Positions 1 through 9,685 of a DNA stretch of 64,000 nt are shown here, one piece after another. The stretch comes from Nanobdellota archaeon. GTDB taxonomy: Archaea; Nanobdellota; Nanobdellia; Woesearchaeales; UBA583. The translations under genes were made by a program, and so were the position numbers. Each line of letters begins with the position of its first letter. Within the stretch, counting starts at the first letter, position 1. The stretch lies in contig JAIUMM010000002.1 of NCBI GenBank assembly GCA_022565615.1, forward strand, positions 884-64,883. Reading direction: 5' to 3'. The notes under the pieces were generated by a model that did no database searches, was not told the origin of the DNA, and worked only from the letters and a program-made list of their open reading frames with translations.

Positions 1-60
1 ATATTATTTTATTTTTTTGGATTTGGATTTGGTAGAACATCAGATTTAGCAGATTATTCT

Positions 61-411
61 ATGTTTGAATTTTATTTGTCAGTTCTTTTTCATTTAATAT
101 TAATTCCAATTTCAATATATACTGTATATAAATTTGGTTTATCAAGAAAATCTTATTTATACTCAGTAATTATTTTTATTACTTTACTTTTACCATTAAC
201 ATATTTTATTACTCCTGAATCTTATAATATAAATTGTGTATTTTATCAATGTGATTTAAGCTATGAAGATTATTTTTATTCAGATAAAAATTTGTATGAA
301 GGAACGATTATATATTTAATTTTAAATATGTTTTTTTGGTATTTTATAGCATTACTTGCTTATTTTGTATATTTTTTTTACTTTAAAAAATTTATTAAAT
401 TTGTAGATTAA
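61..411 (+). CDS. small multi-pass membrane protein, unknown function
   Basis: 116-aa ORF with several hydrophobic segments. It shares an NINCVxxxC loop motif and flanking TM pattern with the C-terminal half of ORF 6227-6886. Confidence 0.45.
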   Translation: MFEFYLSVLFHLILIPISIYTVYKFGLSRKSYLYSVIIFITLLLPLTYFITPESYNINCVFYQCDLSYEDYFYSDKNLYEGTIIYLILNMFFWYFIALLAYFVYFFYFKKFIKFVD

Positions 412-458
412 AACTTAAGTTATTATAAATAAGAAGCAAGTTTAGCATTGGTTATATT

Positions 459-1181
459 TTAGTCAAATAATCCTTCTTTTAATTCATTAAGTAATTCTTG
501 AGAAGAAACATTAAATCCAAATTTTTTATTAAAAAATCTACATACATTTTCTAAATCTCTTAAAAGTAAATCTTCAAATTCCAAAAAATCTTGTTTATTT
601 TTAAAATTCATTGCTTGCCCTACATCAATTATTATTACAACTCCTTCACTATTGAGCATCATATTAAATTCAGATAAATCTCCATGTACTAATTTAGCTC
701 CTCTAATCATTAAATGGAGTTGTTCTTTAACTTGCTTATAAATCTCTTCAGGATTTTCAATTATTGCATCTTTGAGCATACAACCCTCAATATAGTCCAT
801 AATGATTACATTTTGAAATTGCTTATATGGATATGGAACATTAACACCCGCTTTATAGAGGAGTTGTAAATTTCTAAATTCTTTTTGAGACCATGCAAGA
901 ATTACTTTTCTCAAATTTCCTTTAATCGTTCTAAATCTAAAATCACGAATAATATATTGAGAGATTTTTTTAAAATTTGCACTTGTAATTCTAAACATTT
1001 TAATAGCAAGTCTAGTATCTCCCTTATGAGCATGATACACATCTCCTTCTTTTCCTGTTTTAATTGGCCCTCCTAATTCATCATAATATTGTCTTCTTTT
1101 TAAATTTTCAAGAGCATCAAGAGTTGCATTATCAAATACTCCTTCATATACTTTAAACTTTTCACGATTAACTTTTCCCAA
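459..1181 (-). CDS. RIO-type serine/threonine protein kinase (Rio1-like)
   Basis: 240 aa. RIO hallmarks are readable: GPIKTGKEGDVY (nucleotide loop), AIKMFR (catalytic Lys), LVHGDLSEFNMM (catalytic loop), IIDVGQA (metal-binding loop). There is no N-terminal wHTH, so it is Rio1-like rather than Rio2. Confidence 0.85.
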   Translation of the reverse strand: MGKVNREKFKVYEGVFDNATLDALENLKRRQYYDELGGPIKTGKEGDVYHAHKGDTRLAIKMFRITSANFKKISQYIIRDFRFRTIKGNLRKVILAWSQKEFRNLQLLYKAGVNVPYPYKQFQNVIIMDYIEGCMLKDAIIENPEEIYKQVKEQLHLMIRGAKLVHGDLSEFNMMLNSEGVVIIIDVGQAMNFKNKQDFLEFEDLLLRDLENVCRFFNKKFGFNVSSQELLNELKEGLFD

Positions 1182-1238
1182 TTTATATTAATAGAAATAT
1201 AATTAAATTTATAAATAGATACTTTTAATTTTAGTGTA

Positions 1239-1808
1239 GTGACAACACCTATTGATCTTGAAATGAGAAGAATTGAAAAAATGTGTACAGATGTGTATGA
1301 ACCTGGTGTTGAGGTTACAATTCCAATTTCAAGTGAATTGAGTTCTATTTTAGAAATAGCATATAAATATTTACATCCAGCCCAGAAAGAATTTGAACCT
1401 TATTTAGCATTATCTCAACCTTTTGGGGCATTTATGTCTGCACGAAATAATGGATTTTCTTTAGAACAAATACTAACTCCTGAAATTTTAGATGATGCAC
1501 AAGGTTATTTTAATAATTCAGATTTAGATTTACAATGTAGGTTGATATTTTCATCCAATGTAGATTTTTTAAATGAGGCTTTAAATACTTTACAAAAACC
1601 TGCTCCTAATACTTGCCAAATTATAGCGCATTGGTTTGTAGATTCATTTGTTAAATTTTACAATGATAGACTATCTCCACTCCAGTTTCCAACAAAAACA
1701 GAAACTAGAAAAGAAGCAATGAAATGTGGAAATTCAGAAGTTGTAAATTTCTCGGGAGAAAAATGTAGAATTTTAAATTTCCCATTATATTTAAATTACT
1801 ATGAATAG
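1239..1808 (+). CDS. hypothetical protein
   Basis: 189-aa ORF from a GTG start. An in-frame ATG at 1263 (MRRIEKM...) is better placed relative to the TTTTAATTTT box at about 1223-1232. No recognisable motif. Confidence 0.5.
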   Translation: MTTPIDLEMRRIEKMCTDVYEPGVEVTIPISSELSSILEIAYKYLHPAQKEFEPYLALSQPFGAFMSARNNGFSLEQILTPEILDDAQGYFNNSDLDLQCRLIFSSNVDFLNEALNTLQKPAPNTCQIIAHWFVDSFVKFYNDRLSPLQFPTKTETRKEAMKCGNSEVVNFSGEKCRILNFPLYLNYYE

Positions 1809-1833
1809 ATTAAAAAGAGTATTTGATAATTTT

Positions 1834-2022
1834 TTATAAAATAAGTACTAATATAATTAATGTCCCTACTATAATTTCAAGAACTGCAATTATTTGAAGC
1901 AGATGCTTATGTTTGAAAAATGAGTTTAATAATGTTTTAATTTTTTGAGGAAATAAAAATAAAATAATTCCTTCTATAAATAGTAATATTCCAATAATAA
2001 ATAAAATTGTAGTTCCAATCAT
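1834..2022 (-). CDS. small 2-TM membrane protein (DUF2065-like?)
   Basis: 62 aa with two hydrophobic helices (ILFIIGILLFIEGIILFLFP ... IIAVLEIIVGTLIILVLIL). The family call is from memory only. Confidence 0.35.
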   Translation of the reverse strand: MIGTTILFIIGILLFIEGIILFLFPQKIKTLLNSFFKHKHLLQIIAVLEIIVGTLIILVLIL

Positions 2023-2106
2023 ATTAGTTATATACTTTTAAACTATTTAAATATTAGTATTTTACTTAGATGTTAGTATTTAAAAAATAATTTACAAATT
2101 ATAAAA

Positions 2107-3123
2107 TTAAAAGAATTGATTTAATCCTTTATTTTTGGGAATAATAGATTGTAATTGTTTATTAAGTGACTCTTCATCAAAATCAAATTGCTTTAACATT
2201 GAAATAATTTCTTCTCTATTAAATTCTTCTTTAATTTCAACAGGGTTATTACTCACAGGCATTTTTTTAATAGTATTAAATACTTCAATCCAAGTATGAG
2301 AAAAATAGTCATGCCACCTGAGCACTTTGAACATTTCATCAGGCTTATCTCTATACTCTTTTACAATTTTTAGAGCTTTTTTAGGTCCAATTCCTTTAAC
2401 TCCTCCTGGATTGAAGTCAGTTCCACACAATATTGCAATATAAATTAATTCATCTCTTGAGAGATTAAGATTTTTTAAATTTTCATCAAGTGAATAAAAC
2501 TCAATATTTGTATCTTTGTATGTTGAAGTTCCCGCAACTTTTCTTTTACTTGTGATTGAGAAATTTCTAATCAAATAAGAAGAATTAAACAATAATGAAT
2601 CAAAATCTTGTGAAGCAAGAGCATATACTTTTTTGTCTTGTACTAATTTTGCTCCTTGTGCTTCTGCTTCACTTGGTGCTTGAATATAGGAAAATCCAAA
2701 TTTTAATATTAATTCTTTACTTTGTTCAATTATTTCAGAAGTGATTTGAGAAGTTGCTTGAGCATACTTTTTACTATCTTCTAAAAGTCCAAGTTCTTTT
2801 GCTTCTTGGTATTTTTCTTGTGCAACTGCTCTTCTCTCTCTTCTCATTTCTTTTTCTTTCTCTTTTAATTTTGGAGATTCTCCATCAAATATGAAGATTG
2901 GAGTGATATTGTGTTTTTTAAAATAAATACATCTAGAAAATAGACCTTTTAAATGTGAAGTAACTCTTCCTTTTGAGTCAACAAGAGCTTGTCCATCACT
3001 TTGTCTAATTGATGAGAGGAATGAAAAAATTAAATTAAAAGAATCAATTGCTATTTTTTTATTAGAAAGTTGAGAAATATCAATTTCATGATAAACTAAA
3101 ATATCTTTTATTGCAACACCCAT
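2107..3123 (-). CDS. fen1: flap endonuclease 1 (FEN-1)
   Basis: 338 aa. It has an MGV start and XPG-N (KIAIDSFNLIFSFLSSIR...ITPIFIFDGESPKLK), XPG-I (QAPSEAEAQGA) and H3TH (GTDFNPGGVKGIGPKKA) motifs. The C-terminal tail ...GLNQFF is PIP-like. Confidence 0.92.
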   Translation of the reverse strand: MGVAIKDILVYHEIDISQLSNKKIAIDSFNLIFSFLSSIRQSDGQALVDSKGRVTSHLKGLFSRCIYFKKHNITPIFIFDGESPKLKEKEKEMRRERRAVAQEKYQEAKELGLLEDSKKYAQATSQITSEIIEQSKELILKFGFSYIQAPSEAEAQGAKLVQDKKVYALASQDFDSLLFNSSYLIRNFSITSKRKVAGTSTYKDTNIEFYSLDENLKNLNLSRDELIYIAILCGTDFNPGGVKGIGPKKALKIVKEYRDKPDEMFKVLRWHDYFSHTWIEVFNTIKKMPVSNNPVEIKEEFNREEIISMLKQFDFDEESLNKQLQSIIPKNKGLNQFF

Positions 3124-3264
3124 ATAATCAATTATTATTTAAAATATTTAAATGTTTGTAATATGATTGTATTATTATAAATTTATTTGTCTTAATTATA
3201 CTTATATTGTTATCATTTTTTATAAATACATAATTTATTAAATAACTATTTTTAAAAGAAATTA

Positions 3265-4122
3265 ATGAATAAAAAAGCTCAAGTTTCAATATTTGTAATA
3301 ATTGGAATAATTGTAGTTGTAAGTGTAATAATACTTACTCAATTGAATTCGAATTATGATTTTAATGAACAAAATTCTATGAATAATCAAATTAATTCAA
3401 TTCAAGATTTTATATCTACTTGTATACAAAAAACTACTCATAGAGGAATTATTGAGAATTTAGAAAGAGGGGGATATTATACTATAACATCTTATGAATC
3501 TATTGAAGATAATTTTTTAACTAATGTGCCTCTATATTATAATGGGGTTGAATTATTAATTCCAACAATAAAAATATTTGAAGAAGAATTATCTAAATTT
3601 ATAACTGATGAGATTGATATTTGTTTTGATAGTTTTAGTAGTTTTGAAGAAGTAGGATACCTAATTACTCCAAATCAAGATTTTTCAACAAATGTGTTGA
3701 TACTTGATAATTCAATTTTAATTAATTCTCAATTTCCAATTTCAGGAATTACTCCTCAAAAAGAGAACTTTGATATTCAAGAATTTAGAGTTGAAATTGA
3801 TGTTAACATTAAAGAAATAATTAATCATATGGGAGAATTTATTAAAATTCATTCTGATGATTTTACTCAATTCCCAATTAGTTCTTTAATTATGTTAAGT
3901 GAGTTTGAAGATTTTCTTTTTGAATTAGATCAACTTGATGATATTATTATTGTTACATTTATTTATAATGATAATTCAAGTAATATAATTGGGAGTTCAA
4001 TAAGTAATCCAATTTATTATAATTTTGCATTAGAGTATAATTTTAAAGATGATTTATTTGAATCATTTGATTTATTAAGTGAAGAAGAATTATTCCCTGA
4101 TCAATGGGACTGGGAGGATTAG
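3265..4122 (+). CDS. secreted or pilin-like protein, unknown function
   Basis: 285 aa. The N-terminus MNKKAQVSIFVIIGIIVVVSVIIL resembles an archaeal class III (type IV pilin-like) signal: K-A-Q followed by a hydrophobic helix. Confidence 0.5.
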   Translation: MNKKAQVSIFVIIGIIVVVSVIILTQLNSNYDFNEQNSMNNQINSIQDFISTCIQKTTHRGIIENLERGGYYTITSYESIEDNFLTNVPLYYNGVELLIPTIKIFEEELSKFITDEIDICFDSFSSFEEVGYLITPNQDFSTNVLILDNSILINSQFPISGITPQKENFDIQEFRVEIDVNIKEIINHMGEFIKIHSDDFTQFPISSLIMLSEFEDFLFELDQLDDIIIVTFIYNDNSSNIIGSSISNPIYYNFALEYNFKDDLFESFDLLSEEELFPDQWDWED

Positions 4123-4125
4123 AAA

Positions 4126-6219
4126 ATGGTACAAAAAAATATTTTAAAATATTCAAAATTACTTAGTGTAAATGTAATTAAATTGTTAATCTTAGTATTT
4201 ACATTATTATTTATTACTTCAATTATATATGCTCAAACTTGTCAACAAGAAGATGATAATTGTTTAAGTGAAGAAGATTTTGTGAGTGATCCAAGAAATG
4301 CGTTTAGAAATAGTCCCAATGAAGCATGGACTTATATTATGCAAAATCCTTTAGCTACATATAATGGAATTAATGGAGAGAGTATAATTAGAGAATCATA
4401 CAGAAGTAGTAGAGAGAACTTTGTAAATGTAGTTACTCAAAATACTCAACTTTTTGAAAATCCTGTGGTAAGAGAATTATTTGAACAAGAAGTTGATAGA
4501 GATATTAACATTTTAAATCAAAACCCTAGTGCTAGAAGAGATTTTTTACGACAATATGGAATTCAAGACATTAGCACTCCTCTTCAAGATTTTAATAGAA
4601 GAAGAGGAGAGATTACAACAGTTGGATCTGATGGTCAGCAAAGAGTTACAATTCCTCTCTCAATTATGAATGGTGGAAGAGTTAATTCTGATGGTAGTGT
4701 TACTTTGGCAAATGATGTTAGAATATATTCAGGACAAGTAGATATGAGAGGGAATGAACTTAGACTTAGAAGAGGAGGAACTTTAATTGCCCCAAGCTAT
4801 GATGGAATTATTTCTTCAGATAGATTGATAGGACTTACTCAAAATTTAGATTTAAATTCATTTGAGATATCAGGAAGAAATATTGAATTAAGAGATTCAA
4901 ATAATGTATTAGTAAATAGAATTACTGGAACATATACACTATTTCCAAACAATCAAGCAGTACTTGGAGGAAGAAGTAGGATAGAATATTTAAATTCACA
5001 AGGACAAGTATTAGAACGAGTTGATGTATCACAAAATACGTTATTTTTGAGTAATCGAGCATGCCCAGATAACTCTCAGATGAGTTGTATATATAGAAGT
5101 GGTGATAGTATAGTTGTAAATCCAATTGGTAATAATAGAATAAATTATGAAATTTTTTCAACTCAATATTCACAGTTTGATGTGAGTTTAATTAGAGATA
5201 GTTCTAATGTTAGGATTAGAGTTCCAAATGATGAGGGAAGACAAGTAACTTTTGATTTAAATCAAAGAGGTCTTAGGCAAAGTGGTTTATTAGGTTCAAA
5301 TTCTAATTTTAATCTTGCTTATGAGCAAATTAGTGTAGGTCCAAATGGAGAATCTAGAATTGTAAGTATTAGTGACTATAGGATTAATAATGGGAGATAT
5401 TATTCAATTCATACAGGAGTTGAAAGACCAAATTTTGAAGCAAGTGCTCGTTGTGAGATTAATCAAAATTGCAGAATTGGTAGTCAAACATTTACAAGAA
5501 ATCAATTTGAAGTTTTTTGTAGAAATAATGATGGTCACTGTTTTAATGAATATGGAATTAGAGTTAGTTCTGATGGAAGACATTATATTAGTGGGAATCC
5601 TCCTCAAATAGTTGGTTCAACAAGTCAAAGTACAAGCAGACTTTATATGGAAGATTTAGAATTTGCAAGAACTGAAGGTTGGATTAGTTCTCAAGAAACA
5701 GGATTTAGAACTAGAACTCAAGGAGCTTCAACAAATACTAGAAATTCAGATATTCCTGTGGTTAGAAGTGGGGCCTTAGTTTATCCTGATATGAGAGCAT
5801 ATAGATGTGCTGAGCATAGTAGGAGGTCTGCAGCAGATTTATACGGGATTAATTTTATTCCAGGCAATGCTTGGGATTTTGCAGGAAATAATGCTATTAG
5901 TGCCTCATTTACCGACTCAGGTAATAGGAGGGCTTCTGCTATTTCAACTCAAGAGAGGACTTCATTTGAAACTCAAACAGTTAATGCAATTAATTCAGGA
6001 CAGATGAACCCAGGAGATGTAGTTACTGTTTGGAATCCTAGATCTAACTACGCAAGGCATGATACAACGCATACTTTATTATTTAGAGGAGTCAATCAAC
6101 AAGGTCAACCTATTTTTGATCATCAGTGGGGGAGTAGGTTTGAACAAATTACTATGGATGAAGTTTTAAATAGAAATTTGAGACCAAGAGCAGTTGTAAG
6201 GGGACAAAGAACTGCTTAA
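4126..6219 (+). CDS. large secreted or anchored protein, unknown function
   Basis: 697 aa with an N-terminal hydrophobic anchor (LLILVFTLLFITSIIYA). It is coupled to the upstream ORF by a 3-nt gap, with GGAGG at 4113-4117. The C-terminal ~140 aa has a Cys...His arrangement (YRCAEHS, PGDVVTVW, HTLLF). Confidence 0.6.
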   Translation: MVQKNILKYSKLLSVNVIKLLILVFTLLFITSIIYAQTCQQEDDNCLSEEDFVSDPRNAFRNSPNEAWTYIMQNPLATYNGINGESIIRESYRSSRENFVNVVTQNTQLFENPVVRELFEQEVDRDINILNQNPSARRDFLRQYGIQDISTPLQDFNRRRGEITTVGSDGQQRVTIPLSIMNGGRVNSDGSVTLANDVRIYSGQVDMRGNELRLRRGGTLIAPSYDGIISSDRLIGLTQNLDLNSFEISGRNIELRDSNNVLVNRITGTYTLFPNNQAVLGGRSRIEYLNSQGQVLERVDVSQNTLFLSNRACPDNSQMSCIYRSGDSIVVNPIGNNRINYEIFSTQYSQFDVSLIRDSSNVRIRVPNDEGRQVTFDLNQRGLRQSGLLGSNSNFNLAYEQISVGPNGESRIVSISDYRINNGRYYSIHTGVERPNFEASARCEINQNCRIGSQTFTRNQFEVFCRNNDGHCFNEYGIRVSSDGRHYISGNPPQIVGSTSQSTSRLYMEDLEFARTEGWISSQETGFRTRTQGASTNTRNSDIPVVRSGALVYPDMRAYRCAEHSRRSAADLYGINFIPGNAWDFAGNNAISASFTDSGNRRASAISTQERTSFETQTVNAINSGQMNPGDVVTVWNPRSNYARHDTTHTLLFRGVNQQGQPIFDHQWGSRFEQITMDEVLNRNLRPRAVVRGQRTA

Positions 6220-6226
6220 TTTAAAT

Positions 6227-6886
6227 ATGGAATTAATTGCATTAATCAAAAAATTAAACTTCCTTCTCTCAAATTATAAATATTTAGTGGGAGGATTTTT
6301 ATTTTTATTTCTTCAATTATTTATTTATATAGCGAATATGAATTCAGAATCAATGGTTTTTTATTATTGGTATTGTAATCATATCCCAATTCTCTTCTCT
6401 TTAGCATTTTTTTTTAAACAATATCAAGTTGTTAAGGGTTTAATTGGTGTTGGATTAATTCCACAAGTTCTATGGATTTTAGATTTAATGTTATACGGAT
6501 TATTTTCATATCAACTCTTTGGCTTTACTCAATATTTTTTTGAGTTAGAATCTTCTACTCAAATGATATCAGTACTAATAATTCATGTTTTTTCATCTTT
6601 ATTAGCATTTTTACTAACAATATCAGTAAAACCAAATTATAAATCATTAATTACAAGTTTAGTATATGTTCTTTTTCTACAATTAATTACTCTAATTTTT
6701 ACTGACCCTTCATTAAATATTAATTGTGTTCAAGAGATTTGTGGACTTGAAAATTTCACACCTCTTTTATATAAATATTATTTTTTTATTTTAACATTCA
6801 TTGTAATGGTACTTCCTTCATATTTTATCCAAATAGGTGTATTTAACATTTATAAAAAGTATAAAAAAAATAAAAATATTATCTAG
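6227..6886 (+). CDS. multi-pass membrane protein, unknown function
   Basis: 219 aa with about 6 hydrophobic segments. The C-terminal half (…DPSLNINCVQEICGLEN…) is paralogous to ORF 61-411. Confidence 0.55.
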   Translation: MELIALIKKLNFLLSNYKYLVGGFLFLFLQLFIYIANMNSESMVFYYWYCNHIPILFSLAFFFKQYQVVKGLIGVGLIPQVLWILDLMLYGLFSYQLFGFTQYFFELESSTQMISVLIIHVFSSLLAFLLTISVKPNYKSLITSLVYVLFLQLITLIFTDPSLNINCVQEICGLENFTPLLYKYYFFILTFIVMVLPSYFIQIGVFNIYKKYKKNKNII

Positions 6887-7208
6887 GACTATAATATACT
6901 TCATATTCTACATCTCCTCCTATACTTGATACATAAGGTAAAGTGAGATTTAAAACAGCAGTTTGTGAAGAAATATTTAATGTTACATCATTTACTTGAA
7001 CTTCTCGAACTCTAAGTCCACCTCTATATAATTCTTCAATTTCATTTTGTGTTAGAGCATCATTAAATACATAAAATTCGTCTAAAATTAACGTATAATT
7101 ATTAGAATGATACTCATTATAGAATGAACTAAAAGAATTAAATGCTGTCAAAAAAAGTAGAGTAATTACTATAAATATTGAAAAAATTATTAAAGTTGCT
7201 CTTTTCAT
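6879..7208 (-). CDS. small secreted protein with LamG-like C-terminal motif
   Basis: 109 aa with an N-terminal signal/anchor. DEFYVFNDALTQNEIEELY resembles the terminal strand motif of LamG/concanavalin-like domains. It overlaps the convergent gene by 8 nt. Confidence 0.4.
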   Translation of the reverse strand: MKRATLIIFSIFIVITLLFLTAFNSFSSFYNEYHSNNYTLILDEFYVFNDALTQNEIEELYRGGLRVREVQVNDVTLNISSQTAVLNLTLPYVSSIGGDVEYEVYYSPR

Positions 7209-7354
7209 ATAATTTTAGTTATATTTAAGATTATATAAATTTAATACTTCACTTTATTTAAATAACATTTACTAATCAAATATTATTTAAACAATCTTAT
7301 TTATATTTAGTACAAATATTAATAAATTACATCTATATTATACTATATTAGATA

Positions 7355-8020
7355 ATGAATAAAACTAATGATAAAACTACTAATAATAAAAATAGCAGTA
7401 ATGATGACATAAATAGTTCTGCTAATAGTACTAAAGTAAATTTTATTGAATTTTTAATACAATATCCTTACGAACTTAGTGATGTTTTAAATAAAGAATT
7501 TAATGAGCAAGAAAAAGTTTCAAATTATACTTCACTGCTCACAGATAAAGATAGATTTGAAAATATGATGTTTAAAATTTCAGCTCTTAAAATAATGATT
7601 GAAGAATTAGTTGGAGTTGAGTTTCCTGACTCTCAAGAAATTTTTGTAATTAGAGCAGAATTATTTAATTCAGTTCCGACTCCTTTAATTATTGAATATC
7701 AAATTCATCCTGAGAAAATGGTTCTTTGTACATTAAAAGAGATGATAAAAAATGTACTTGGGCAAAATGGAATTAGATGTATTGATGAAGTTCAACAAGA
7801 GGAGTTACTTCTAGCTACGTTAATTTCAATTTCAAATCAAGTGTTAGAACATAAAAATATTCAATTACAACCCTTTATATCTTGGATGATTGAAAACTCA
7901 AAGAATTATTTAGAACAAAAAGGATTTGAGTTAAATGAAAATAACATTGAGAATTATTCTATTTCAAAAGAAAATACATTAGTATCAATTATTGAAGAGA
8001 GTTATAACTCACTATATTAA
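7355..8020 (+). CDS. hypothetical protein
   Basis: 221-aa ORF with an Asn/Ser-rich N-terminus. No recognisable motif. Confidence 0.5.
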   Translation: MNKTNDKTTNNKNSSNDDINSSANSTKVNFIEFLIQYPYELSDVLNKEFNEQEKVSNYTSLLTDKDRFENMMFKISALKIMIEELVGVEFPDSQEIFVIRAELFNSVPTPLIIEYQIHPEKMVLCTLKEMIKNVLGQNGIRCIDEVQQEELLLATLISISNQVLEHKNIQLQPFISWMIENSKNYLEQKGFELNENNIENYSISKENTLVSIIEESYNSLY

Positions 8021-8060
8021 TTCTATTAATTAATTCATTATATTAACTGAGTACAATACT

Positions 8061-8070
8061 TTTTAAATTT
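8061..8070 (+). promoter_or_regulatory. TATA-like box upstream of lgt
   Basis: TTTTAAATTT ends about 22 nt upstream of the ATG at 8092. The same motif and spacing recur at other first genes in the window. Confidence 0.4.
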
Positions 8071-8091
8071 AGAACATTTATTAAAACTTAG

Positions 8092-8937
8092 ATGAGTTCA
8101 GGTGTTGCATTTTCAATTTTTGGAATTGATGTTTTTTGGTATGGAATTATGTATGCTATAGGATTTTTATTAGTATATTTATATTTTCAAAAATATTTTA
8201 TTACTTCTTCTATGAGTGAAGATAATAAAGATTCTGCTTTTATTATAATTGCTCTTTCATCCCTTATTAGTGCAAGGTTATTTTTTACTTTTTTTTATTT
8301 CCCAATGTACTATTTTGAAAATCCTCTTCATATTTTGCGTGTTATGGATGGAGGAATGAGTATCCATGGAGGATTAATAGGATTTTTCATTGGTTCATAT
8401 ATTGTAAGTAAGAGATATAATTTTTCAATATACAAAATAACTGATTTTTTTATGCTACCTGCTATTTTAGCAATGGCATTTGGAAGACTTGGAAATTTTA
8501 TTAATCAAGAATTACCAGGAATTCCAACTGATTCAATGTTTGGTGTTGTATTTAGTGAAGTTGATGATTTAAAGCGATTTCCATACCAACTTTTTGCAGG
8601 ATTTACATCTTTAATTACATTTCATATAGTCTTATATTTATATATGTTTAAAAAATTAAGAGAAGGAATTTTAACATATATTACTATTTTTTTATATTCA
8701 ATTTTTAGATTTTTGCTTGATTTTATGCGAGAGCCTACAACATTATTTTTAAATTTCCCTCTTGGGCAATGGTTCTCATTATTGGTAATAGGTATTTCAG
8801 TTATTATGATTTATAAAATTTTAACTAGTGAAGATAATGTAAAAGGTAGTTTTAATAGTAAAAATAATCAAAATAATATCAAAAGAACTAACAAAAATAA
8901 CATTAAAAATAATAATAAGAAAAGAGATAGAAAATAA
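8092..8937 (+). CDS. lgt: prolipoprotein diacylglyceryl transferase
   Basis: 281 aa, polytopic. Lgt signatures: GIDVFWYGIMYAIGFLL, HGGLIGFFIG, FGRLGNFINQELPG. The C-terminal tail is Lys/Asn-rich. Confidence 0.85.
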   Translation: MSSGVAFSIFGIDVFWYGIMYAIGFLLVYLYFQKYFITSSMSEDNKDSAFIIIALSSLISARLFFTFFYFPMYYFENPLHILRVMDGGMSIHGGLIGFFIGSYIVSKRYNFSIYKITDFFMLPAILAMAFGRLGNFINQELPGIPTDSMFGVVFSEVDDLKRFPYQLFAGFTSLITFHIVLYLYMFKKLREGILTYITIFLYSIFRFLLDFMREPTTLFLNFPLGQWFSLLVIGISVIMIYKILTSEDNVKGSFNSKNNQNNIKRTNKNNIKNNNKKRDRK

Positions 8938-8962
8938 TAGTAATTAGAACTATACAAATAAA

Positions 8963-9685
8963 ATGCAACAATTAAGAGATAAAAGAATTAGTTTTGATGA
9001 AGAAACTCACACATATTTTGTAGATTCAAAAAAAATTTCAAAGTCTGTAACAGAGTTTATTAATGATTTTTTTAAAGAGTTTGATTCTAAACTTGTAATT
9101 GAAAAATGGTATGGATATTGGCAAAGTAATGAAAACTCAAAATATTATGGGATGGCTAAAGAAGAAATATCAGGATATTGGAAAAAAACGGGAGAAGAAT
9201 CAAGAGATAGGGGAACTCTTTTACATAAGGCAATTGAAGATTATGAACTGGAGGGAAAAATTGTAGATACAACAGAATTTAAGCAATATTTAAATTTTAA
9301 AAATGAGTTTTCAAATTTAAAAATTATTATCTCAGAGTATAGAGTTTTTGATGAAGAATTAAGCATTGCAGGAACTATTGATTGTATTATGCAAGATAGT
9401 GATTCAAAAGAGTTTTATATTTTTGATTGGAAGAGAGTTAAAGAAATTAAAGAGACAAGTCAAGATAATGCTCTTTATCCTCTTGAGCATTTAGCAAATA
9501 CAAATTACTGGAAGTATGCTCTTCAACTTAATATGTATAAATATATTCTTGAAAAACATTATGGTGTTATTATTTCAGGACTATATCTAGTTCAATTTCA
9601 TGAAGAAAAAGAGGATTTTAATGTAGTCAAAGTTGTAAATATGGAGTATGAAATCACTAAAATCTTAAAATATATTGAAGTCTAA
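8963..9685 (+). CDS. PD-(D/E)XK (RecB/Cas4-like) nuclease family protein
   Basis: 240 aa. Motifs: ETHTYF near the N-terminus, GTIDCIM (motif II Asp), FYIFDWKRVK (D-x-K), YALQLNMYKYIL (QxxxY). No Cas4-type Cys cluster. Confidence 0.65.
   Translation: MQQLRDKRISFDEETHTYFVDSKKISKSVTEFINDFFKEFDSKLVIEKWYGYWQSNENSKYYGMAKEEISGYWKKTGEESRDRGTLLHKAIEDYELEGKIVDTTEFKQYLNFKNEFSNLKIIISEYRVFDEELSIAGTIDCIMQDSDSKEFYIFDWKRVKEIKETSQDNALYPLEHLANTNYWKYALQLNMYKYILEKHYGVIISGLYLVQFHEEKEDFNVVKVVNMEYEITKILKYIEV

Noticed and set aside
885-1076. 63-aa plus-strand ORF inside the RIO kinase gene. The same class includes 4922-5173, 5372-5611, 5404-5607, 5807-6007, 10878-11093, 12225-12425, 16364-16618, 18408-18623, 19440-19643, 21294-21509, 21403-21639, 22344-22556, 22884-23066, 24240-24422, 24655-24879, 26636-26866, 39322-39558, 41862-42065, 47318-47530, 49804-50067, 54575-54781, 56623-56847 and 58349-58573.
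   Set aside because: All are short ORFs nested in, or antisense to, longer ORFs with recognisable or better-supported products. Such shadow ORFs are expected by chance, and their translations are Leu/Ile/Phe/Lys/Asn-rich, mirroring the composition.
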